A DNA stretch of 64,000 nt, from NCBI GenBank assembly GCA_963796965.1, contig CAWCNS010000003.1, forward strand, positions 21,374 through 85,373, written 5' to 3'. The stretch comes from Calditrichia bacterium. GTDB lineage: Bacteria > Calditrichota > Calditrichia > JAJRVZ01. The translations under genes and the position numbers were made by a program. Positions within the stretch are counted from its first letter, which is position 1. Each line of letters begins with the position of its first letter. Below are positions 9,034 through 18,933 of this stretch, piece by piece. The notes under the pieces were generated by a model, which saw nothing but the letters and a program-made list of their open reading frames with translations, did no database searches and was not told the DNA's origin.

Positions 9034-12006
9034 TTATACTTTCAAATCTTTAAGAAAAGGAGATGATTCGTGCTCCCACCCACCCCGGTTTTTCACAGCA
9101 GTTAAAACAAGCTCAGATTTTGCTCTTGTCATTCCTACATAGAATAATCGTCGTTGCTCTTCCAATTTTTTAGGAATAGGTCTATCGTCTTCCTCATCTT
9201 CTCTTAAAGCATGAAATCCGGGCATGTTTTTGTTTTCCATACCCATTAATATAACCTTCTCGAATTCCAATCCTTTAGCCGCATGATAAGTCAAGAGAGA
9301 GACTGCATCAATATTTTCTAATTGATCCTGAGCGCTATTCAAAGATAAATAACTCAAAAAACTTGATACCGCTTCTTCAAAGGTCATTTTTTCGTACTGC
9401 TCTGCCAACAGTTTTATCTTTTCAATGATATGCTCATTATTGTGATAAGCTATTAATCTTGGGTTTAATTCATGCAACTTTTCACGGATCTTTTCTATTA
9501 AAGAATCCTGATCTTCATTAAAAACTTTCGAATAATCATTGCGAATTTTAGAATAGGCAGTTTGAATTTTTCTACCCCCTGCCACAAAAAACAAGCGGTC
9601 CTCAGTTCCAATAATAGTATCTTCCAGGTAGTTACCTAACGCAACGATATCTATAAACATTTCCAGCGACGTTAACTGTCCAATTTGCATTTTTGAAGAT
9701 TGAAGCACTTGCATTATCTTCACCAGCACGATTACATCATCTAATGCCCGGTGACGCTGATCCGCCTGCAGATTAAAACGTTGCATCAATGCATCGATTG
9801 AATTGGATTCACCCGGAAACAAATAACGCGCAGTTACCAGACTATCTATCCGTATATTACCTAATTTTTTTCCATTTATTTTTTTTGAAAATCGATCAAG
9901 AATGGGAAAATCAAAATTGTACCCATTATGTGCTATGAGAATTGCATCGCCAATAAATTCAAGAAATTTAGACCAAACCATTTCAATTGTTGGGGCATCT
10001 TTTACATCCTCAACTGAAATGTGGTGCACTTTTTCAGCACCTTTGGAAATAGGCATTTGCGGATTTATCAGAGAGTTAAATTTATCTACAATTGTTTCTC
10101 CTTCAACCCGAACTGCTGCAATCTCAACAATACCACAGGAATATTTATCTTTATCTGTAGTTTCTAAATCCAGGACGATATAATTCTGAATAGGCGGTTT
10201 ATCACTTTTTGAAGAATACCATTGTAAAAATTTGAAAAGATTGCTCAGTATACCTTGTCTTCTATCAACCTTTAAGGAATAAACAGGAATTTCATTGATA
10301 GCCTTTATCTTCTCTGGTAAAGGAGATAATGAGATCAAGACATCATCTGCTGATAAGGACAAAGTTTTGGTCGTATCATTCAAGCATTCAACGTATTTTC
10401 CGAATACGGATCTGATTAATTCTGACCCCAAAAATGCCAGCCTGGGATCATCATGAAAAATAAAAAGATTCCGGCTTTCCAGATCAATGTTCTTCCCATC
10501 AAAATAGACATCAATCTTTGAAAAATCTTCCAACACATTTTTGTACTGTAGCAGGTAGGACTGCGCCTGGGAAGCCATTTCCAAACTTATTTCATTTAGC
10601 ATTTGATTAAATGTGTAAAATTCTTTCAAATTTACCAGATTAGCAATGTGGGCAATAAATATTCGAATTTTGAGTAGAGAATCGTATGTCAATTTCCCAT
10701 TTTCTTCTACATAAAATTTGTACAATATTTTACGAAAATCCGATCTTTCCCTTTGAGCCATCTGTTTTATCAATCCAAAAAGGGACTCACCTAACTCCAG
10801 CCTGGCTAATTCTTCAAGACTGACCGGATCATTGGGATTACGTATGAGTTTTAGATGGAGGACAATACGTTTTACTAATGGATGGTCAAGTATGCTCTTC
10901 CCTGTTGCCATTTGGTACGGGATTTCTCCTTTAATTATAAATTGTTCGAGTCCCTGCCCTATATTATGAAATGGATAAATTATTGCCATTTCTTTATAGG
11001 GGACATCCTGATCAGCCCATTCCTGTATCTTTTGTAAAATAAATTCTACTTCTTCTTTCTCATGAAAGAAAAATTTCATGTCAATGGCATTTGACTTATC
11101 TTCATTGACAATCATTTTTTTTTGTGGTTCAATTCTATCCGTTCTGGCGATTATCCTCTGCGCATTGCTTAATATACTCTCGCCATTGCGATAATTGATA
11201 TCAAGATATATAGGGTTCTCAATACCAAAATCTGTCATATATCGTTTGATATTTTCCGGATTTGCACCCCGCCAGGAATAAATCGATTGGTCATCATCTG
11301 CAACAACAAATATATTTTTACTTTTCTCTGCAAGCATCCGCACAATATCATATTGTAATGGATCAGAATCCTGAAATTCATCAACCAGGATAGCAGGATA
11401 TAAATGCTGATACTCATCGCAGATATCTGGCTGTTCCTTTAGTAGTTTCAGGCAGAGTCCAATAATCTGATCAAAATCAATTAAATTATGTTTACTCAGA
11501 TGATTTTCATATTCAACAAATCTTTCCCTTGCGAAATTTGATAGCGCTTTGCCCTGGCTTCTGTAATTTGAGAATGACAACAAAATAGCCTGAACTTTAA
11601 CATCAATGTTCTCTTTGATGTAGGGGCTGCACAGTCTCACCAGAACCCGGTGTTGATAATCCTGATCACAGACAGAAAAAAACGGGTTTAATTGTAGACG
11701 CGAATGATATCTTCGTAATATGTCCAATGCAAATGCATGGAAAGTACTGCAATAAACATCCTTACCGTGCTGCCCTATCAGGTTGATCAGGCGTGTACTC
11801 ATTTCACTTGCTGCTTTATTCGTAAATGTCAGAGCGAGGATTTGCTCTACAGGGATATTATAATTTTCAGTTAGCCAGGCAATCCGAGTTGTTATCACCA
11901 TAGTCTTACCCGTACCTGGCCCGGCAATCGTCAGCACAGGCTCCAATGGTTTTTGGACCGCTTCAATTTGTTTTTGATTTAACGATGATAATAATTGATT
12001 AATCAT
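9034..12006 (-). CDS. UvrD/PcrA-family SF1A helicase with an internal DEDDh (DnaQ-like) 3'-5' exonuclease domain
   Basis: Helicase motifs AGPGTGKT, LTFTNKAA, DEFQD, DDDQSIYSWRGA, TYHAAKGLEF and EEQRRLFYVGMTRA; inserted exonuclease motifs VLDLETT, IAHNGYNFD and HRALDD. Confidence 0.92.
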   Translation of the reverse strand: MINQLLSSLNQKQIEAVQKPLEPVLTIAGPGTGKTMVITTRIAWLTENYNIPVEQILALTFTNKAASEMSTRLINLIGQHGKDVYCSTFHAFALDILRRYHSRLQLNPFFSVCDQDYQHRVLVRLCSPYIKENIDVKVQAILLSFSNYRSQGKALSNFARERFVEYENHLSKHNLIDFDQIIGLCLKLLKEQPDICDEYQHLYPAILVDEFQDSDPLQYDIVRMLAEKSKNIFVVADDDQSIYSWRGANPENIKRYMTDFGIENPIYLDINYRNGESILSNAQRIIARTDRIEPQKKMIVNEDKSNAIDMKFFFHEKEEVEFILQKIQEWADQDVPYKEMAIIYPFHNIGQGLEQFIIKGEIPYQMATGKSILDHPLVKRIVLHLKLIRNPNDPVSLEELARLELGESLFGLIKQMAQRERSDFRKILYKFYVEENGKLTYDSLLKIRIFIAHIANLVNLKEFYTFNQMLNEISLEMASQAQSYLLQYKNVLEDFSKIDVYFDGKNIDLESRNLFIFHDDPRLAFLGSELIRSVFGKYVECLNDTTKTLSLSADDVLISLSPLPEKIKAINEIPVYSLKVDRRQGILSNLFKFLQWYSSKSDKPPIQNYIVLDLETTDKDKYSCGIVEIAAVRVEGETIVDKFNSLINPQMPISKGAEKVHHISVEDVKDAPTIEMVWSKFLEFIGDAILIAHNGYNFDFPILDRFSKKINGKKLGNIRIDSLVTARYLFPGESNSIDALMQRFNLQADQRHRALDDVIVLVKIMQVLQSSKMQIGQLTSLEMFIDIVALGNYLEDTIIGTEDRLFFVAGGRKIQTAYSKIRNDYSKVFNEDQDSLIEKIREKLHELNPRLIAYHNNEHIIEKIKLLAEQYEKMTFEEAVSSFLSYLSLNSAQDQLENIDAVSLLTYHAAKGLEFEKVILMGMENKNMPGFHALREDEEDDRPIPKKLEEQRRLFYVGMTRAKSELVLTAVKNRGGWEHESSPFLKDLKV

Positions 12007-12154
12007 GGTAATTTATGTTTAACTGTATGACTTAAGGTAATCATTTAAACAGACTTTGCGCAAAAGCACTTATTACAATTTGAATAATCTTATTAATTAT
12101 TAAGAGAGCAAAAATCGGGCCTTAAAGATTGAAGAAGATGGGACTATATGATGG

Positions 12155-12598
12155 TTAAGTGCTGAGGAACTCTCCAGGTTGCAGGGTGTTAATCGTGTAT
12201 TCTTGGTCGCGGTAAATTTTATATCGATGACGACTAGCTTCCAGGGCTGGTGTATCATATTTTTCGGCAAAATCTATAATTTTCGGAAACTTATCCAATA
12301 CTTCGATTGGAAGTGGATCATGTAATAGGAGTGTATCATAGTTAGCCGCAGTTTCAATATTATTTGTCAATACCACCGGTTCAGCCTGGGCCTCTTTTAA
12401 AGATTCAAGATATTTATGTGGGATAAAACTCTGCTGTTTCCACGTCCATAACATAGTATCAAGAGCCGCACAGGTTTCACTTTTTTCAGTATATATAACA
12501 AGACGTCTACTATCGAGGTAACATTTTTCAGCAAGATCGCACACAATACGCGATTTAATAGCACTATTTAGAACAATAAATGAGACTTTCTCAGACAT
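12155..12598 (-). CDS. holC: DNA polymerase III chi subunit
   Basis: CDLAEKCY...LDTMLWTWKQQSFIPH and SRHRYKIYR match chi-subunit signatures; 147 aa. Confidence 0.85.
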   Translation of the reverse strand: MSEKVSFIVLNSAIKSRIVCDLAEKCYLDSRRLVIYTEKSETCAALDTMLWTWKQQSFIPHKYLESLKEAQAEPVVLTNNIETAANYDTLLLHDPLPIEVLDKFPKIIDFAEKYDTPALEASRHRYKIYRDQEYTINTLQPGEFLST

Positions 12599-12601
12599 TA
12601 A

Positions 12602-13219
12602 TTAAAATCTCCTGCCAATCTCAAAACGAAGCTCAAACATAGTGTGATTTTTTGTTTCACCTATCCGCTGTGAGAATGGAATTATCCGGTATTGACCGCG
12701 AACTCCAACAAAATATTTTTTATCAAATGTAATATCTGCTCCACCCCCGACGAATCCACCTATTGACCATTCATACTGGTCTGCCAATCTATCATCCTCA
12801 GGAAAGTTCATCCCAAAGACAGGACCAAACCCACCGGTGAGAAACGGCCGAAAACTATCATCCAAATCCTCCGCAAAAAGCCGTCGTTTGACGGTAAATT
12901 GAAGGTCAAAAATATAGACGTTATTAATTTTATTCATTTGGTAAACGCCGCCATAATAAGGGTCTGCATATTCGATCTGTTTTGAGTCCCTGATAAAAAA
13001 AGCATCAATAGCGATACCCGCATGAAACAAACTACCAAATGGCAGGGCAAAAAAAGCACCTGCACCGGATCCAGATTCAGCCATGGTAAATACTAACCCG
13101 GCTTCTGTTGTAATTTTTTCAAATTTTTCCTTAGAATAGGTATTTCGATCATCTTGTGCCAGAGCAGTAGAAAAGATGATCATCATTATGATGATCACAC
13201 TTAGGATATTCTTTTTCAT
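12602..13219 (-). CDS. Exported protein, probable small outer-membrane beta-barrel
   Basis: Signal peptide (ALA/QD), alternating aromatic and Gly beta-strands, RPFLTGGFGP, C-terminal Phe (EIGRRF). Confidence 0.65.
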   Translation of the reverse strand: MKKNILSVIIIMMIIFSTALAQDDRNTYSKEKFEKITTEAGLVFTMAESGSGAGAFFALPFGSLFHAGIAIDAFFIRDSKQIEYADPYYGGVYQMNKINNVYIFDLQFTVKRRLFAEDLDDSFRPFLTGGFGPVFGMNFPEDDRLADQYEWSIGGFVGGGADITFDKKYFVGVRGQYRIIPFSQRIGETKNHTMFELRFEIGRRF

Positions 13220-14521
13220 TTAATTTACCTCTCTTTCCTTATGGTAGGCCATTCTCAAGAGTGAGACCGGGTGGATGACCTTAACTGGCATTTTAAATTT
13301 CTTTGCACCGTAAATAATTTGGATCATACATCCGGGATTTCCGGTTACAATCCATTCTGCTCCAGTTGCCCTGATATTATCCATTTTTCTTTTCAGCACT
13401 TGCATTGCATCATCATATCGAATAATGTTATATATACCGGCACTACCACAACACCAACTTGCTTCGTTCAGTTCTGTATATTGAACACCTTTTATACTCT
13501 CAATAATCTGTCGTGGTTGTTTACTAATCTTTTGAGTATGCACCAAATGACAAGGGTCATGATAGGTTACTTTTAAGTCATCAACTATTTCAGGAATTTT
13601 CCAGTCATTCTCAGCCAAAAATTCCATGATATCCTTTACTTTAGAAGAAAACGTTTTGGCCCTAACCTTATATTCCTCATCATTGGCTAACAAGGATTCG
13701 TATTCCTTCATATACGCCCCACAACCCGCAGAGTTCAATACAATAAAATCTACTTTAGCCTTGTTAAAAATATCTATCATTTTTTTTGCTAACATTTTAG
13801 CCGTTTTCAGGTCACCATTATGACCATGGACGGAACCACAACATATTTCCTCCCGAGGAATAAAAACCTGATAGCCATTTTCTTCCAGCACATCGATGGT
13901 ATCCTGATTTACATCCCGGAAAAAAATATCCTGAACACATCCTTTCAGAATTCCAACTCTTATTCCTTTACCTTCTTTTTTAACCATATTACTTACAATA
14001 TAGTCTTTCCTCTTGGGAACAAAAGGTGCCATAGATGACATTTCCTTAATTTTCTTTGGAAAGAGATTCAGGATTCCACTTGATTGAATTAGCTTTTCCA
14101 ATCCACTAATCTGATAAATGCGAATTAGATCTGAAAGCTGCTTCAATCGCGTCAAGTCAAGAAATAACCAGTTGATTATTCGCTGCCGCCAGGTGGGTTT
14201 TCCTCTTTTGATACGCTCAGTCGCAGCGATCTGTAGCTGAGCTGCCTCCACCAAATGGCCATACTGAACACCTGCAGGACAAGCAGTGACACAGGCCTGG
14301 CAATTCAGACAAAATTCTATTGATTCTTTAAACTTGTCCGTTATTTCAAGATGTCCATCAGCTACAGCCCTAATCATATGTATTCTACCACGAGGAGAAT
14401 TTATTTCAAGTCCGGTTAATTGGTAAGTTGGACAGGTTGGCAAACACATGCCACAATGCATACAATTTATAAGCTGATCGTAGCTAGGTAGTGGTGCTTC
14501 ATTAATAAAATTAGTTGACAT
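13220..14521 (-). CDS. glcF: Fe-S subunit of glycolate/D-2-hydroxyacid oxidase (GlcF-like)
   Basis: CMHCGMCLPTCP and CLNCQACVTACP ferredoxin motifs, SPRGRI, two CCG domains, YHDPCHL. Confidence 0.88.
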   Translation of the reverse strand: MSTNFINEAPLPSYDQLINCMHCGMCLPTCPTYQLTGLEINSPRGRIHMIRAVADGHLEITDKFKESIEFCLNCQACVTACPAGVQYGHLVEAAQLQIAATERIKRGKPTWRQRIINWLFLDLTRLKQLSDLIRIYQISGLEKLIQSSGILNLFPKKIKEMSSMAPFVPKRKDYIVSNMVKKEGKGIRVGILKGCVQDIFFRDVNQDTIDVLEENGYQVFIPREEICCGSVHGHNGDLKTAKMLAKKMIDIFNKAKVDFIVLNSAGCGAYMKEYESLLANDEEYKVRAKTFSSKVKDIMEFLAENDWKIPEIVDDLKVTYHDPCHLVHTQKISKQPRQIIESIKGVQYTELNEASWCCGSAGIYNIIRYDDAMQVLKRKMDNIRATGAEWIVTGNPGCMIQIIYGAKKFKMPVKVIHPVSLLRMAYHKEREVN

Positions 14522-14594
14522 ATATATTACAGGCAGAGATATTATCTGTATCAGATTCCATGGTATTATTTATTATAAAATGCAAATTATAGAT

Positions 14595-16025
14595 TCAATG
14601 CCTTGAAGGCTCTTTGTGTAACTTTCCTTCACATTTTGGGGCGTGAGAAATAATTTTACCAGGATTTAAGACGTTATTGGGATCCCAGGCAGATTTTATT
14701 TTCCTCATTGCATCTAGAGCAGGAACCTCAATCATCTTCTCTAAAAATCCTTTTTTTGCAAGACCAACGCCATGCTCTCCCGTAATGGTTCCACCAAGTT
14801 TTATGGTCTCATCATAGATCTCATTAAAGGCTTTTTCCACTCTTTTAATCTCTTCTTTGTCACGTTCATCTGTCAGGCAGGTAGGATGAAGGTTTCCATC
14901 ACCGGCATGACCAAAATTGCCGATCTGTAAATTATACTTTTTTGAAATCTGATCAATCTTTTCAACCAAGCTAGCCAGGTTCGACCGGGGGACCGTTGCA
15001 TCTTCTAAAATTGTTGTCGGTTTAATGCGGGCGAGAGAAGCGAATGCTGCTCTCCTTGCAGTTTTTAAATTAAGGGCTTCACTTTCGTCATTGGCAATTT
15101 TTATCTCCCGGGCCCCTTTGCGTTTACAAACAGTTTTAATCGTTTCCACATCACGATTTACGACTTCTTCCGGACCATCCACTTCCAGTAATAAAAGTGC
15201 ACTAATGTCTATGGGTAATCCGAGCTTGGCATAACTTTCCACCGCCCGAACTGTTGTGTTATCCAAAAATTCAACAGTACATGGAATAATATGATTTGCG
15301 ATTATTTCTGAAACTGATTCCGCCGCATCTGTGAGTTTATCATAGTAGGCTAAAAGAGTTCGTGATGTTTCTGGTTTTGGAATTATTTTTAATAGCAATC
15401 TGGTAAATATGGCTAGGGTTCCCTCTGAGCCAACAACCAGATCACGCAAATTATAACCGGCCACATCCTTAACATTTTTACCACCATTGACAATCAACTC
15501 TCCATTGGGTAATACCATCTCGACACCCATGATATAATTTTTCGTCACACCATATTTTAACCCCCTTAGTCCACCAGCATTTTCGGCGACATTGCCACCA
15601 ATAGTACAAATTTCCTGACTTCCCGGATCGGGAGGATAAAATAGACCCAGATTCTCTACAGTACGATGAAGATTAGCGGTAATCACCCCTGGTTGCACCC
15701 AGGCAGTCAAATTATCACTATCAACTTCCAGGATGTTATCCCAATGATTAAATAATAAAATGATTGAATTTTCAACGGGTACAGAGCCACCACTCAGACC
15801 AGTACCACTTCCCCTTGGAACAACTGCAAAACCATCTTCATTTGCCATTTTTAAAATTTTAGAAACATCTTCAGCAGAATTTGGCTTGAGGATCGCTTCG
15901 GGTGCCTGTGATAATAACGGTGTACCATCATAAGCATAAACCATTTTCTCCTCTGGGGAGTCAAAATAATTTTCTATTCCAACCAGATCTTTTAATCTTT
16001 GTTTAGTTTTATTATCCATAATCAT
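14595..16025 (-). CDS. glcD: FAD-linked glycolate/D-2-hydroxyacid oxidase subunit GlcD
   Basis: PRGSGTGLSGG, PPDPGS, TIGGNVAENAGG, GSEGTL, GHAGDGNLHP and GEHGVG motifs. Confidence 0.9.
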   Translation of the reverse strand: MIMDNKTKQRLKDLVGIENYFDSPEEKMVYAYDGTPLLSQAPEAILKPNSAEDVSKILKMANEDGFAVVPRGSGTGLSGGSVPVENSIILLFNHWDNILEVDSDNLTAWVQPGVITANLHRTVENLGLFYPPDPGSQEICTIGGNVAENAGGLRGLKYGVTKNYIMGVEMVLPNGELIVNGGKNVKDVAGYNLRDLVVGSEGTLAIFTRLLLKIIPKPETSRTLLAYYDKLTDAAESVSEIIANHIIPCTVEFLDNTTVRAVESYAKLGLPIDISALLLLEVDGPEEVVNRDVETIKTVCKRKGAREIKIANDESEALNLKTARRAAFASLARIKPTTILEDATVPRSNLASLVEKIDQISKKYNLQIGNFGHAGDGNLHPTCLTDERDKEEIKRVEKAFNEIYDETIKLGGTITGEHGVGLAKKGFLEKMIEVPALDAMRKIKSAWDPNNVLNPGKIISHAPKCEGKLHKEPSRH

Positions 16026-16175
16026 CCACTTTCAATGAATATAAACTGAATCGCTTATGATTTCAAACAAAATATCGATCTAATATTTTATATTAAAATT
16101 CGGGAGGTGTTCGTTGAAGCAGTTTTGAGAGGAGATGACCCGCAACTGCTAAATGTCAATTTGAATTCATTAAAT

Positions 16176-16216
16176 TTAAAAGAGATTCCCATCCATCTGC
16201 AAGAGAATCTCTTTAA
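16176..16216 (-). terminator. Probable intrinsic terminator downstream of lon
   Basis: Perfect 10-bp inverted repeat AAAGAGATTC (16179-16188) / GAATCTCTTT (16205-16214), about 65 bp past the lon stop. Confidence 0.55.
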
Positions 16217-16280
16217 CTATATCGGTTCGAAAAAAATGTATCATCAATAAATTTAAGGTTCCCAATATCCTAAATTAAAA

Positions 16281-18617
16281 TCAAGGTTTTATGGCTAAAT
16301 CGATGACTTCGTCAATATCTTTAACAAATTTAAAATTTATATCTTTAATATTTTTCTTGGGGATTTCCTCCAGATCTTTGCGATTTTTCTCAGGCATTAT
16401 AATTGTCTCGATACCTGCCCTTCTGGCTGCCAAGACTTTTTCCTTTATGCCCCCGACTGGCAAGACCATTCCCCGTAGCGTTATTTCACCTGTCATAGCC
16501 AGATTGTCTTTTATACATTTATCACTAAAAAGTGAATACAACGCAGTAAAGATCGTGATTCCAGCTGATGGTCCATCCTTAGGTACGGCACCTGCCGGCA
16601 CATGAATATGAACATCATATTTTTGGTAGAATTCCGGATCAATATTAAATTTTTGGCTATTAGACCTAAGATAACTTCGTGCCGCGGAGGCTGATTCCTT
16701 CATCACATCGCCAAGTTTACCTGTCAGATTAAGCTCTCCTTTTCCATGCATTTTTGAGGCTTCAATAAAAAGAATATCACCGCCCACGGGGGTCCAGGCT
16801 AATCCCGTAGCCACACCTGGTCGTGATGTCCTCTCCGCTATCTCAGAATAAAACTTCTCCGGACCGAGATATTTTGAAACGTGGTTCGCCGTAATTTTTT
16901 TCGATATTGTCTTGTTTTCAACAATTTCCCTTGCCACGCCTCTAATTATTGAGGCCATTTCCCTTTCCAGATTTCGCACACCTGCTTCACGGGTATAATG
17001 CTGAATGGTTTTTTGAACTGCTTTCTTTGTTAAATCAAGCTGATCCTGGGTTACACCGTGGGCATTCAGTTGTTTCGGGATGAGATATCGTTCAGCAATC
17101 TGTAGTTTTTCCTCTTCCGTATAACCATTTATTTCTATGATCTCCATGCGGTCCTTTAATGCAGGTGGTATGGGATCTGGTATATTAGCCGTGGCAATAA
17201 ACATCACCTTTGAAAGGTCAAAGGGTACTTCAAGATAATGATCGGTAAAAGAAAAATTCTGTTCAGGGTCCAGAACCTCCAACAATGCAGAAGATGGATC
17301 TCCACGAAAGTCCATACCAAGTTTGTCAATCTCATCTAACATGATCAAAGGATTATTTGAATTTAGTTTTTTTATTTCCTGGATAATACGTCCAGGTAGA
17401 GCCCCGACATAGGTTCTTCTATGTCCCCGGATCTCCGCCTCATCTCTCACACCACCGAGAGACATACGGGAGAACTTCCGACCAAGCGCTCTGGCGATGG
17501 AACGGCCGAGGCTTGTTTTTCCAACTCCGGGAGGGCCAACAAAACAAAGAATCGGGCCTTTCATATCTGACTTCAACTGTCTTATTGCCAAATACTCTAA
17601 AATACGTTTCTTAACTTTTTCTAATCCATAATGATCTTCATCAAGGATTTCTTCTGCCTTTTTGACATCAAGCCTGTCACGGGTTTTTTTACTCCATGGC
17701 ATCTCTAGCAACCAGTCAATATATGTGCGCGATACAGTATATTCACTGGCCATCGGAGACATTCTCGCTAATCTGTTCAACTCTTTTTCTGCAACCTTAT
17801 GGACATCTTTTGGCATTTTAATTTCTGCCAATTTTTCACGAAGATCTTCCATCTCAGTACTCTCATCTTCGTACTCACCTAACTCCTTCTTTATAGCCTT
17901 CATTTGCTCGCGAAGATAATATTGTCTTTGTGTCTTATTGAGTTCACCCTGCACCTCGCTTTGGATCTTGGATCCTAACTCCAGCACTTGTAATTCTTTA
18001 TTGAGTAAATAATGAACTTTTTCCAGACGCTCTTTAACATCTGTTATTTCTAAAATTTGTTGTTTCTCACTTACAGGGAAATTTACCTGGGAAGCAATTA
18101 TATCTGTCAATTTTCCCGGATCCTCCGTATTCAACACCATTACCCGATGTTCACCAGTTAAATAGGGAGAAAGATCGACAATTTTTTGAAATAGCATTTT
18201 CAGATTATTAACAAGGGCTTCCACCTTGACAGTTTGTTTAATATACTCTTGAGCGGGCAAAACTGTCGCTTCAATATGCGGTTCAAACTGTTTATATTCG
18301 AGTACTTTAAATCTATAAATTCCTTGAACTATCAGCTGTTCACTACCATCGGGCATTTTAAATTTCTTGAGGATCATCGCTGCCGTACCCCATTCATACA
18401 AATCTTTGGGTTTTGGTTCCTCAAGATTTCCATCCATCTGGGAGACCAAACCAATCACCTTCGTCTCTTCATCTAAATACTTAAGAAGGTTTAGCGATTT
18501 TTCCCTGCCAACAGCTAAAGGAATAACCTGGTGAGGGAATACAACCGTGTTGCGCAAAGGCATTACAGGTAATACTTCAGACATTGTGACTTCTTCCGGT
18601 TCAGATTTATGCGTCAT
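16281..18617 (-). CDS. lon: ATP-dependent Lon protease
   Basis: LON N-domain, DHYGLEKVKKRILE, GPPGVGKTS, LDEIDK, PKDGPSAG (catalytic Ser), GGIKEK (catalytic Lys). Confidence 0.98.
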   Translation of the reverse strand: MTHKSEPEEVTMSEVLPVMPLRNTVVFPHQVIPLAVGREKSLNLLKYLDEETKVIGLVSQMDGNLEEPKPKDLYEWGTAAMILKKFKMPDGSEQLIVQGIYRFKVLEYKQFEPHIEATVLPAQEYIKQTVKVEALVNNLKMLFQKIVDLSPYLTGEHRVMVLNTEDPGKLTDIIASQVNFPVSEKQQILEITDVKERLEKVHYLLNKELQVLELGSKIQSEVQGELNKTQRQYYLREQMKAIKKELGEYEDESTEMEDLREKLAEIKMPKDVHKVAEKELNRLARMSPMASEYTVSRTYIDWLLEMPWSKKTRDRLDVKKAEEILDEDHYGLEKVKKRILEYLAIRQLKSDMKGPILCFVGPPGVGKTSLGRSIARALGRKFSRMSLGGVRDEAEIRGHRRTYVGALPGRIIQEIKKLNSNNPLIMLDEIDKLGMDFRGDPSSALLEVLDPEQNFSFTDHYLEVPFDLSKVMFIATANIPDPIPPALKDRMEIIEINGYTEEEKLQIAERYLIPKQLNAHGVTQDQLDLTKKAVQKTIQHYTREAGVRNLEREMASIIRGVAREIVENKTISKKITANHVSKYLGPEKFYSEIAERTSRPGVATGLAWTPVGGDILFIEASKMHGKGELNLTGKLGDVMKESASAARSYLRSNSQKFNIDPEFYQKYDVHIHVPAGAVPKDGPSAGITIFTALYSLFSDKCIKDNLAMTGEITLRGMVLPVGGIKEKVLAARRAGIETIIMPEKNRKDLEEIPKKNIKDINFKFVKDIDEVIDLAIKP

Positions 18618-18650
18618 ACTTAACTCCTGGTTTTCTCAGCATCTGTAAGG

Positions 18651-18667
18651 AGCAAAATTGATGCCAA
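18651..18667 (-). promoter_or_regulatory. Candidate sigma54 (-24/-12) promoter for lon
   Basis: Minus strand reads TTGGCATCAATTTTGCT with exact GG-N10-GC spacing, about 33 bp upstream of the lon ATG; AGGAG RBS follows. Confidence 0.55.
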
Positions 18668-18933
18668 TGCATCGCTGAAGGCATTAACTCTAATATTTAC
18701 AACCACTAAGATAATTTTATAAATTTTGGCTTCTTCTCTTATTCTGCCATCATGACAGATCAAAATAAGATTGTTACTACTACAATTAACTGATGTGATG
18801 GTTAACACATCATATGAAGCTAATTTTCCTCAAATTATGTCCGGGAACAGATAAAAATACTTATTCAATAATAAAAGTACTTTTATTTTGCACATCTCCA
18901 ATTTAACAAACTTTTTCGTGAAAGGAGTATATA

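Noticed and set aside
9700..10500. Intein in the helicase
   Set aside because: The insert has DEDDh exonuclease motifs and lacks the C/S...HN-C/S/T splice signatures.
16118..16150. AGCAGTT...AACTGCT hairpin upstream of glcD as a riboswitch or ncRNA
   Set aside because: 7-bp stem only; no recognisable aptamer motif.
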